Positions 1 through 7,385 of a DNA stretch of 56,931 bases are shown in pieces; the stretch's first letter is position 1; the number at the start of each line of letters is the position of its first letter. The translations under genes were made by a program, and so were the position numbers. The stretch comes from a virus. Its lineage: Duplodnaviria; Caudoviricetes. The notes beneath the pieces are model-generated. The model ran no database searches, had not been told where the DNA came from, and worked only from the letters and a program-made list of their open reading frames with translations. The stretch is taken from positions 1 to 56,931 of IMG/VR virus record IMGVR_UViG_3300011114_000582; one strand, written 5' to 3'.

Positions 1-127
1 GGAGTGTAATTATGGCTACCAGCGACACAGAACAAATGGGTCAAGATGTACGTTATCACAAGCGTTTGGCTATGGGCGCGAAGCTCGATGGCTCCTCGCT
101 TGGTGCTAAAGAACCCGCGAAGACGCC
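1..127. repeat. Terminal direct repeat, copy 1 (identical to 56805-56931); circular-assembly overlap
   Basis: ggagtgtaattatggctacc...gcgaagacgcc occurs at both ends; 127 nt is a common assembler k-mer length. Confidence 0.95.
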
Positions 128-179
128 TAGTGCGCCCAAGCGTGGCGGCGGTGCATTAGCACAAGCCAAGAAGAAATAA
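12..179 (+). CDS. Small basic hypothetical protein (55 aa) following the portal
   Basis: Manual translation MATSDTEQMGQDVRYHKRLAMG...KRGGGALAQAKKK; GGAG upstream; stop overlaps next ATG (TAATG). Confidence 0.7.
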   Translation: MATSDTEQMGQDVRYHKRLAMGAKLDGSSLGAKEPAKTPSAPKRGGGALAQAKKK

Positions 180-364
180 TGCGATACGTCAGTGACCTCG
201 TCGGTGCTATCGAGGTCCGCAAATCGGCGATCGCGCAGTCATTGGTGAACGGCAATGCCGTCACCTTTGAGGCCTACCAACGCTTAGTTGGCCAGCACCA
301 AGGGCTTGAAGAAGCTCTGGTAATTTTAAATGACCTTTTAACAGAGGAAGACAGTAATGAGTGA
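179..364 (+). CDS. Hypothetical protein (head module)
   Basis: 61-aa ORF translationally coupled to neighbours. Confidence 0.75.
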   Translation: MRYVSDLVGAIEVRKSAIAQSLVNGNAVTFEAYQRLVGQHQGLEEALVILNDLLTEEDSNE

Positions 365-791
365 TACTCAACCGGTGGCTTCGGATGAAGCCGCGTTGCA
401 GGAAGCATTTCCCGCAGTAGATCCCGGTGCCTTGCCTGTAGGTGGACGTATTCTTGTGCAGTGGAGAGCCGCCAAGAAGACCGTCACGTCATCAGGAATT
501 GTACTCGTTGAGGAGACGAAGGAAACGGAGAAGTGGAATAACCAAGTGGCGAAAGTCATCGCGGTAGGTCCACTGGCTTTCAAAAAACGCGATACACTCG
601 AACCGTGGCCCGAGGGCAACTGGATCGATGTCGGCGACTATGTTCGCATGCCAAAGTGGGGCGGCGATCGCTGGGAAGTACCTTACGGTGACCCAACGAT
701 AGGCGAGACCGCACTTTTTAGTGTTTTTAACGACCACGAAGTGATTGCAAAAGTCACTGGTGATCCCTTGAAAGTAAAGGCGTTCCTATGA
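357..791 (+). CDS. groES: GroES/Cpn10-like co-chaperonin
   Basis: PVGGRILV, mobile-loop-like KTVTSSGIVL, KVIAVGP, VGDYV...KWGG, NDHEVIAKV match the GroES pattern. Confidence 0.85.
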   Translation: MSDTQPVASDEAALQEAFPAVDPGALPVGGRILVQWRAAKKTVTSSGIVLVEETKETEKWNNQVAKVIAVGPLAFKKRDTLEPWPEGNWIDVGDYVRMPKWGGDRWEVPYGDPTIGETALFSVFNDHEVIAKVTGDPLKVKAFL

Positions 792-1783
792 CACCCAACG
801 ATAAACTCGACTTACAACTCGCGGAAGAACCCGATGGGTCCGCAGTGGTGTCTTTGCCCGACGGCGAAGCACCGAATACCGCCGATAACGCTGGCGAAGG
901 TCTAGCGACCGGTGGCCGCGTAGACGCGGATGACGGCGACGATGATGATAATCCCGCCGACAATATACCCCACGCCGATCCCGAGCGCGAAGCAATTCGA
1001 CTGGCCCGTCGCGAAGAGCGACAGCTCAAGAAGAAGCTTCAGAAGGCCAAGGCGACCGAGTCGAACCACCTGATCACGTCGCTGAAGCGTCAGAATGACC
1101 AGATGGCGGAGCGACTGGCGATTCTCGAGAAGCGCACAGCCGGTTCGGACCTCGCTCGACTGGACAAGGCGATCGAAGACGGTAACTTGCGACTGCAGTA
1201 CGCCAAGATGAAGGTGAAAGAGGCCACTGAGATGGCCGATGGAGCCTCCGTGGTGGAAGCGCAAGAGGCGTGGTACGAGGCTCGACGTCAAGTCGAAGCA
1301 CTCGAAGCTCTGAAGAAGAAGGCGGTAGCCAGCGAGCCGACCCGCAATTCAGTGCCCCAAGCACCCGACCCCCTGCTGAAGCGTCACGCCTCGGACTGGA
1401 TGGCTCGGAACGACTGGTATGACCCGAACGGTCGGGACATGGACTCCCAAGTCGCCACCAAGGTGGATGAGGCTCTCGTGGCCGAAGGCTGGGATCCGAA
1501 GACCGCCGATTACTGGGAAGAACTGGACAATAGATTGACAAAATATTTGCCGCACCGTTATAATAGCGGCAACGACAATCCGTCGTCAAATCGGAGACCC
1601 CGAACTGTGGTAACTAGCTCTGGACGTGAGACACAATCGACACCTCGTGGAAACGAGTTCCGACTGTCGCCTGAGCGAGTTCGCGCCATCAAGGAAGCCG
1701 GTAGATGGGACAACATCACCGAGCGTAACAAGATGATTCGTAAATACGCGGAATATGACCGCATGAACACAAATAAGGGTTAA
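788..1783 (+). CDS. Putative capsid scaffolding protein
   Basis: Acidic N-terminus, long coiled coil, position between portal and capsid genes. Confidence 0.6.
   Translation: MTPNDKLDLQLAEEPDGSAVVSLPDGEAPNTADNAGEGLATGGRVDADDGDDDDNPADNIPHADPEREAIRLARREERQLKKKLQKAKATESNHLITSLKRQNDQMAERLAILEKRTAGSDLARLDKAIEDGNLRLQYAKMKVKEATEMADGASVVEAQEAWYEARRQVEALEALKKKAVASEPTRNSVPQAPDPLLKRHASDWMARNDWYDPNGRDMDSQVATKVDEALVAEGWDPKTADYWEELDNRLTKYLPHRYNSGNDNPSSNRRPRTVVTSSGRETQSTPRGNEFRLSPERVRAIKEAGRWDNITERNKMIRKYAEYDRMNTNKG
1535..1564 (+). promoter_or_regulatory. sigma70-type promoter inside the scaffold gene
   Basis: TTGACA-N18-TATAAT. Confidence 0.5.
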
Positions 1784-1787
1784 GATT

Positions 1788-2327
1788 ATGAGAGACGATC
1801 GATTGAAAAAGAATCTTTCCGGTGGTGGCCGTGAGTCCCGCGCAGAGCAGGATAGCGAACGCGGATCAGCATCGAAGGAACTGGCGAGCGCGCAAGAACG
1901 TCGTAGGATGTTCAGTTCGGAATGGATTCAAGAGTCCCTTCCAAAACCTCCGGATATTCCGGGATTTCACGTATGTTGGCTTTCAACGACCAATGGGTAC
2001 GACCCTATCCACAAGCGTATGCGCATGGGTTACGAACCAGTAAGGATTGAAGAGGTTCCGGGCTTTGAGAACTATAAAGTTAAAGCCGGTGAACACACTG
2101 GATTCGTCGCTTGCAATGAAATGTTACTCTACAAGTTGCCTGAGGATGTATATCAGGACATCATGGCAGAGTTGCACCATCACGCTCCTCAGGATGAGGC
2201 GGACAAAATCCGCGTTCAGGCTGAGCAGACAATGGGGCGCGACAGTAATGGCAGGCGTCTTGGTCAGATTGAAGGTGAAGGCATCAGTGAACTTGATAAA
2301 CCTATGCCCGTCCCTACTTTCCAGTGA
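1788..2327 (+). CDS. Hypothetical head-module protein
   Basis: 179-aa ORF in operon order upstream of the capsid genes. Confidence 0.75.
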   Translation: MRDDRLKKNLSGGGRESRAEQDSERGSASKELASAQERRRMFSSEWIQESLPKPPDIPGFHVCWLSTTNGYDPIHKRMRMGYEPVRIEEVPGFENYKVKAGEHTGFVACNEMLLYKLPEDVYQDIMAELHHHAPQDEADKIRVQAEQTMGRDSNGRRLGQIEGEGISELDKPMPVPTFQ

Positions 2328-2359
2328 CGGATTCTGAACCATGATTTGGAGTGACTAAT

Positions 2360-2932
2360 ATGTCTTCAACAAATGCACCGTTCGGTTTGCGCCCCTCGTT
2401 CCATCCTTCCGGTTTGGACCGTGCGGTCGCTTTGACTGACGGTATTCTGTCTGGTTATACCAGCAACATCTTGAAGGGTCAGCCCGTCAAGTTGGCCACA
2501 ACTGGCCTTTTGCAAGCCGCCGCCGCTGGTGACGCGTTCTTGGGTGCCTTCGCTGGCGTCCAATGGACCGACACTACTGGCCGTCCCCGTATCAGCAATT
2601 ATTGGCCCGCCAATACTGCCTACGTGACTGGCTCGCTCGTGGCTTATTACTACCAAGATCCCGCGATCGTTTATGACATTCAAGCCGACGGCTCGTTGCC
2701 ACAAACTGCGTTGGGCGCACAATCGGATTTCAGCAATGTTACCGATGGTTCCACGACCACTGGATTGTCTCAGTGCACTATTAGCACCTCGGTTGTTGCC
2801 GCTGGTTCTTCTGCGCAATTGAAGATTATTGGTTTGACCCCCGGCGTTGATAACGCATGGGGAGATGCGTACACTGTTGTACAAGTTCAAGTTAATGAGT
2901 CGCAGTTCAATGCGTCCGTTAACGCTATTTAA
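2360..2932 (+). CDS. Putative capsid decoration/cement protein
   Basis: NAPFGLRP N-terminus, beta-rich Ala/Gly/Thr composition, directly upstream of the major capsid gene; GGAG RBS. Confidence 0.6.
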   Translation: MSSTNAPFGLRPSFHPSGLDRAVALTDGILSGYTSNILKGQPVKLATTGLLQAAAAGDAFLGAFAGVQWTDTTGRPRISNYWPANTAYVTGSLVAYYYQDPAIVYDIQADGSLPQTALGAQSDFSNVTDGSTTTGLSQCTISTSVVAAGSSAQLKIIGLTPGVDNAWGDAYTVVQVQVNESQFNASVNAI

Positions 2933-2945
2933 GGAGGACTAAAAA

Positions 2946-3860
2946 ATGGCCGCTCCAATGCGCAGTACCGACTTTCGTAGTATCGTCGAGCCAATTCTGA
3001 ATGAATGCTTCGACGGTATCTACGAACAGCGTAAAGACGAATGGTCCCGTGTCTTCCGTGAAGAACAGGGCATTCCCCGTAACTACCATGAAGAACCCGT
3101 CTTGTACGGATTTGGTGCCGCTCCCCAGTTGCCTGATGGTACTCCCGTCAGCTACCAACAGGGTGGTGTGCTCTTCTTGCAACGCTATGTGTACAATGTG
3201 TATGGCCTCGCCTTCGCATTGACCAAAGTGTTGGTGGAAGATGGCGACCACATCCGTATCGGTCAGGTGTATGCTAAGCATTTGGCTCAATCATTGATTG
3301 AGACTAAAGAGACTCTGTCCGCCAACGTTTTGAACCGCGCTTTCAACGGTTCTTACGTCGGTGGTGACGGCGTGTCGCTGATTAGCACTTCACACCCAAT
3401 CGTGAATGGTACATTCTCTAACCAATTGTCTACAGCCGCAAATCTGTCACAAACATCGCTTGAGCAGATGTTGATCCAGATTCGTCAAGCAGTGGATAAC
3501 AACGGCAAGAAGATCCGTTTGGTGCCCCGCCAGTTGGTGGTCGCCCCCGGCAATATCTTCCAAGCTGAAGTTCTGTTGAAATCAGTGCTCCGCGCTGGTA
3601 CAACGAACAACGACATCAACCCCGTCAAGTCTATCGGCTTGTTGGACGAAGGTGCCGCAGTCTTGAGCCGTTTGACCAATGCTAACGCATGGTGGGTCCA
3701 GACCGACGCTCCCGAGGGCATGAAGCTCTTGATGCGCCGCGCTTTGGAGAAGACCATGGAAGGTGATTTCGAGACTGACTCGATGCGCTACAAGGCAACT
3801 GAGCGTTATCAAGTGGGCTGGACTGACCCCCGTGGCATGTACGGCACTGCTGGCGTCTAA
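2946..3860 (+). CDS. Major capsid protein (HK97 fold, Mu gpT-like)
   Basis: 304 aa, strong AGGAGG RBS, PRQLVVAP and C-terminal RYKATERYQVGWTDPRG typical of this capsid family; followed by a hairpin. Confidence 0.85.
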   Translation: MAAPMRSTDFRSIVEPILNECFDGIYEQRKDEWSRVFREEQGIPRNYHEEPVLYGFGAAPQLPDGTPVSYQQGGVLFLQRYVYNVYGLAFALTKVLVEDGDHIRIGQVYAKHLAQSLIETKETLSANVLNRAFNGSYVGGDGVSLISTSHPIVNGTFSNQLSTAANLSQTSLEQMLIQIRQAVDNNGKKIRLVPRQLVVAPGNIFQAEVLLKSVLRAGTTNNDINPVKSIGLLDEGAAVLSRLTNANAWWVQTDAPEGMKLLMRRALEKTMEGDFETDSMRYKATERYQVGWTDPRGMYGTAGV

Positions 3861-3865
3861 TCAAC

Positions 3866-3887
3866 AGTGGGGGGTTCGCCCCCTGCT
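3866..3887 (+). terminator. Stem-loop after capsid gene (weak terminator or mRNA stabiliser)
   Basis: GGGGG-TTCG-CCCCC without a U-tract. Confidence 0.5.
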
Positions 3888-3906
3888 CCATTAAGGAGAA
3901 AAGACA

Positions 3907-4296
3907 ATGGCATACAACAACAACGTGTCTAATGCGGCAGGTATACTGTCCGCTATTACCGCGCCTTTCGATTACACGAGCACCACTGTTACCGTTGGTA
4001 CAATCCCCGCAAACGCACAAATCGTCGACATTAACATCGACGTGACTACTGCTTTTGATGCGGCTGGTACTGATTTGGTGACTGTTGGTAAGACTGGCTC
4101 TGCCGCCGCGTACGTCACATCGACGAGCGTTGCGACTGCTGGTCGTGCTTCAGTCGCTACGACTGGTGTGTACAGTGCTTGGGCTGACGTGGGTTCCGCT
4201 GACGTTACATACGCCACGCTGACTTACGCCTACACAAGTACAGCACCTACCGCTGGCGCTGGCCGTGTGACGATTGTTTACAAATCGTACGCATAA
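3907..4296 (+). CDS. Small virion structural protein
   Basis: Thr/Ala/Val-rich beta protein after the capsid gene; AAGGAG RBS. Confidence 0.65.
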   Translation: MAYNNNVSNAAGILSAITAPFDYTSTTVTVGTIPANAQIVDINIDVTTAFDAAGTDLVTVGKTGSAAAYVTSTSVATAGRASVATTGVYSAWADVGSADVTYATLTYAYTSTAPTAGAGRVTIVYKSYA

Positions 4297-4307
4297 GGAG
4301 CATCATC

Positions 4308-5096
4308 ATGGGCGAATTTAAACCAATGGTGAAGATGTACACTACCGAACCTTCAGTGGAATTGAAGCTGAAGAAAGGTGGCTCCGCCACTCACAAGCGT
4401 ATGCACGCTGAGGGTGCTAAAGCGGGCTTCAAGCCCGTAAAAAAGATGGACGGTGGGGTAATGGGCAGTTTAGCGGGTACACCCGCCGCTCCGATGGGTA
4501 ATCCCGTCGCGGCTCGCGCGATGGCCGCTAAACGAATGGCCGCACGCCCCACACCTCCAGCTCGCGGTTTGCCCGCACCTGCTCGTCCTGCTATGCCCCC
4601 GGCCGCACCCATGGGTCGCCCCATGATGAAAAAGGGTGGTGAAGTAGAGTCTGCATCGATGCATAAAGCTGAGATGAAGGCGATCAAGGGCGTCGGCAAA
4701 GAGCTGAAGCACCACGAAGGTATGCCCGCGTCTAAAGCCCACAAAGGCTTGAAGACTGGTGGTATCGCCAAGTCCACGAAACCCGGCGGTTACAAAACCG
4801 GCGGCGTAGTAGACGGACAAGGCGGTTTCAAAAATGGCGGTATCATCAAGACGATGACCAACAAGACGACGAAGGTTGTGGGTGCTACACCTGACAACAA
4901 TTCTGCGCCTACTGGTGACGTCAAGATGGGTAACGCTGGCGGCTACAAAAAAGGCGGTGCCGCAAAAAAGCATTTTGCTACGGGGGGCGTAGTTGATACC
5001 GGCCGCGCCGTAGCAATGCCAAAGAAAGCTCCGAGTTCCCCAGTGGCGATTTCCGAACTTTCGGGAACGTTCAAAAAGGGTGGTCGGGTCTGTTAA
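4308..5096 (+). CDS. Lys/Gly/Met-rich protein with about nine [FYML]-[KA]-x-G-G repeats; probable internal virion protein
   Basis: LKKGG, KMDGG, MKKGG, LKTGG, YKTGG, FKNGG, YKKGG, FATGG, FKKGG; AAGGAG RBS. Confidence 0.75.
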   Translation: MGEFKPMVKMYTTEPSVELKLKKGGSATHKRMHAEGAKAGFKPVKKMDGGVMGSLAGTPAAPMGNPVAARAMAAKRMAARPTPPARGLPAPARPAMPPAAPMGRPMMKKGGEVESASMHKAEMKAIKGVGKELKHHEGMPASKAHKGLKTGGIAKSTKPGGYKTGGVVDGQGGFKNGGIIKTMTNKTTKVVGATPDNNSAPTGDVKMGNAGGYKKGGAAKKHFATGGVVDTGRAVAMPKKAPSSPVAISELSGTFKKGGRVC

Positions 5097-5100
5097 ATAA

Positions 5101-5127
5101 GACGGGGGCTTCGGCTCCCGTTCTTTT
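5101..5127 (+). terminator. Rho-independent terminator
   Basis: GACGGGGGC-TTCG-GCTCCCGTT followed by CTTTT. Confidence 0.75.
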
Positions 5128-5140
5128 AAAAGGATAGGTC

Positions 5141-5545
5141 ATGGCTGATGCAGTCACTAGTCAGACGTTGCTCGATGGAGAACGCCTCGCGATTATGAAA
5201 TTTACGAACATTAGTGACGGTACCGGTGAATCGGCAGTCACTAAAGTCAATGTGGCTAACTTGAGTCCGAATGGATTCGGTCAGGCTTGTACGGGTGTCA
5301 CGGTGAACAAGATCACCTCGGTGTGTCATGGCATGGAAGTGCGTATGTATTGGGATGCGACGACCGATGTCCCATTCTTTTTGGGCACTGTGAATACCAA
5401 TTACCAAAACGACTTCTCGAGCTTCGGCGGCATCACTAACAATGCAGGTGCTGGAAAAAATGGTAACATCGTATTTAGCACTGCTGATGCCACAGCAGGC
5501 GATACCTACACTGTAGTGCTTGAGATGATCAAGTCTTACGCCTAA
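5141..5545 (+). CDS. Hypothetical structural protein
   Basis: 134-aa beta-rich ORF with RBS. Confidence 0.7.
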   Translation: MADAVTSQTLLDGERLAIMKFTNISDGTGESAVTKVNVANLSPNGFGQACTGVTVNKITSVCHGMEVRMYWDATTDVPFFLGTVNTNYQNDFSSFGGITNNAGAGKNGNIVFSTADATAGDTYTVVLEMIKSYA

Positions 5546-5547
5546 TC

Positions 5548-5934
5548 ATGCCCAGCAAATCCGCCGCTCAACACCGATTGATGATGGCCGCCGCCCACAC
5601 TAAGGGCGGTTTCGGCGGTGTTTCACAAACGGTCGGCAAGGAGTTCGTCAAAGCCGACGAAGGTAAGAAGTTCAAGAAGGGCGGCCCGAGTCTAGCCATT
5701 GGCCGGGGCGAGAAGCTCCCGGTCGAAAAGGGCGCGGGATTGACAGAAAAGGGTCGGGCAAAGTATAATCGGGAAACTGGCAGTAATCTGAAAGCCCCAC
5801 AGCCCCAAGGCGGACCTCGACGGGATTCATTTTGCGCTAGGATGGAGGGCAATCCGGGGCCTCTCAAGGACGATCAAGGCCGTCCGACCCGTAAAGCCGC
5901 ATCACTTAAACGTTGGAATTGCCCGGGGTGGTAA
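5548..5934 (+). CDS. Basic phage protein, DUF6321-like
   Basis: RRDSFCARM...ASLKRWNC motif; also carries FKKGG. Confidence 0.6.
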   Translation: MPSKSAAQHRLMMAAAHTKGGFGGVSQTVGKEFVKADEGKKFKKGGPSLAIGRGEKLPVEKGAGLTEKGRAKYNRETGSNLKAPQPQGGPRRDSFCARMEGNPGPLKDDQGRPTRKAASLKRWNCPGW

Positions 5935-5937
5935 TAA

Positions 5938-7011
5938 ATGGCAACATCTGGGACAGTAGGATTAACGACAGTCAGCGTACAGAACCTGATTGACGATGCG
6001 GCTCGGGCTTCCGGAAAGCTCGCTGAAGAGCTGACGGTCGAGCAAGTGCTTTCGGCCAAGCGTAATCTCTTCTATGTCCTCTCGTCCCTGATTAACAAGG
6101 GTATTCAATACTTCGCGATTAAGAAGACTGTGATCGGTCTGAACGCGGACCAGTACATTTACAATATGCCCGTTGGGTCCAACGACGCCCTGAATGTGCT
6201 CTACAGGCAGATGGAGAGACCCTCCGGGAGTTATACATCTTCGGCCGGGGGTACAGTAGCAAATGTTTACGATAACGACACTAGTACGTATTGTCAACAA
6301 GCATCGGCCAATGGTAACATATCTGTTAACTACGGTACTAGCAATCCTGTCTACATTGGCTCTATTGGCATTTTGCCATTTGTTAGTGGTGGTGGCAGTG
6401 CCACTTGGACAATAACGTACGAATACTCCGTGGACGGATCCACGTGGAACACCCTTTACGACCTCGGTCAGGTAGTAGTCTCGGACAATGAGTGGCTATG
6501 GACCGACATCGACCCCGGGCAGGATGTGATCGCATACCGCGTCCGGGCCTCCGGAGGTACCACGCTTGCGCTTCGTGAATTCTATCTTGGTAATAATAGC
6601 CGAGAGATTCAGATGGCCCGTCTGAACCGTGACGACTACACCAATCTGCCGAATAAGAATTTTACCGCGAACCAGCCTTATCAATTCTGGTTCGACCGCA
6701 CTATACCAGTGCCCACGATCTACCTGTGGCCAGTGCCCTCGGATCCCTTCATCCAGATGACCGTCTGGTATTCGGCACAAGTCGAGGATATCGGGGCACT
6801 CTCGGGCGAACTCGCCGTGCCCGATCGCTGGCTTCTCGCCGTGGAGTCGATGCTGGCTCACCGGATGTCGCTGATCCTGCCCGCCGTTCCGCTGGAGCGT
6901 GTTAAATACCTCGAAGGCCAAGCCGACCGTAATTTCAACGATGCGGAGCAAGAGGAGCGCGATAAGTCCCCAATTTACTGGGCACCGAACATCTCGGTGT
7001 ACACGTCGTAA
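5938..7011 (+). CDS. Head-tail adaptor / tail tubular-like protein with a discoidin (F5/8-type) insertion
   Basis: Helical N-terminus, NVYDNDTSTY...YSVDGSTW insertion, C-terminal PYQFWFDR...IYLWPVP adaptor motif. Confidence 0.55.
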   Translation: MATSGTVGLTTVSVQNLIDDAARASGKLAEELTVEQVLSAKRNLFYVLSSLINKGIQYFAIKKTVIGLNADQYIYNMPVGSNDALNVLYRQMERPSGSYTSSAGGTVANVYDNDTSTYCQQASANGNISVNYGTSNPVYIGSIGILPFVSGGGSATWTITYEYSVDGSTWNTLYDLGQVVVSDNEWLWTDIDPGQDVIAYRVRASGGTTLALREFYLGNNSREIQMARLNRDDYTNLPNKNFTANQPYQFWFDRTIPVPTIYLWPVPSDPFIQMTVWYSAQVEDIGALSGELAVPDRWLLAVESMLAHRMSLILPAVPLERVKYLEGQADRNFNDAEQEERDKSPIYWAPNISVYTS

Positions 7012-7385
7012 TGCCAAGATTCCTCGACACCACCGGACTGACCTCGGTTGCCATTGGTGTGTGCGACCGGTGCAAGATGAAGTACGCGTTCGTTCGCCTT
7101 GGACCCGATCCCAATTTCCCCGGACTTCGGGTGTGCGACACTGGGTGTCGCGACCAGTTCGACCCGTACCGTCTGCCCGCTCGCAAGACTGAGCGCATTA
7201 ACCTGCGTTTCCCCCGTCCGGATGTGAGTGTTGCGGCGAATGATGATTACCTGATGACCGGCAGTCAGTCGATGGACGGCTCCAGCCAGTTCCAAATCTC
7301 TACGGAGGGGAACACGCAAACGCCGTCTACTAATGGCAATCGGGACACTATCGCTCCGAGTCCACCTAACAATACGAGTACATAA
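7011..7385 (+). CDS. Hypothetical protein with Cys motifs
   Basis: CDRC...VCDTGCRD; coupled to neighbours. Confidence 0.65.
   Translation: MPRFLDTTGLTSVAIGVCDRCKMKYAFVRLGPDPNFPGLRVCDTGCRDQFDPYRLPARKTERINLRFPRPDVSVAANDDYLMTGSQSMDGSSQFQISTEGNTQTPSTNGNRDTIAPSPPNNTST

Noticed and set aside
1-127. Biological terminal repeat of the virion DNA
   Set aside because: Length equals a common assembler k-mer and the join falls at an arbitrary point at the portal gene end.
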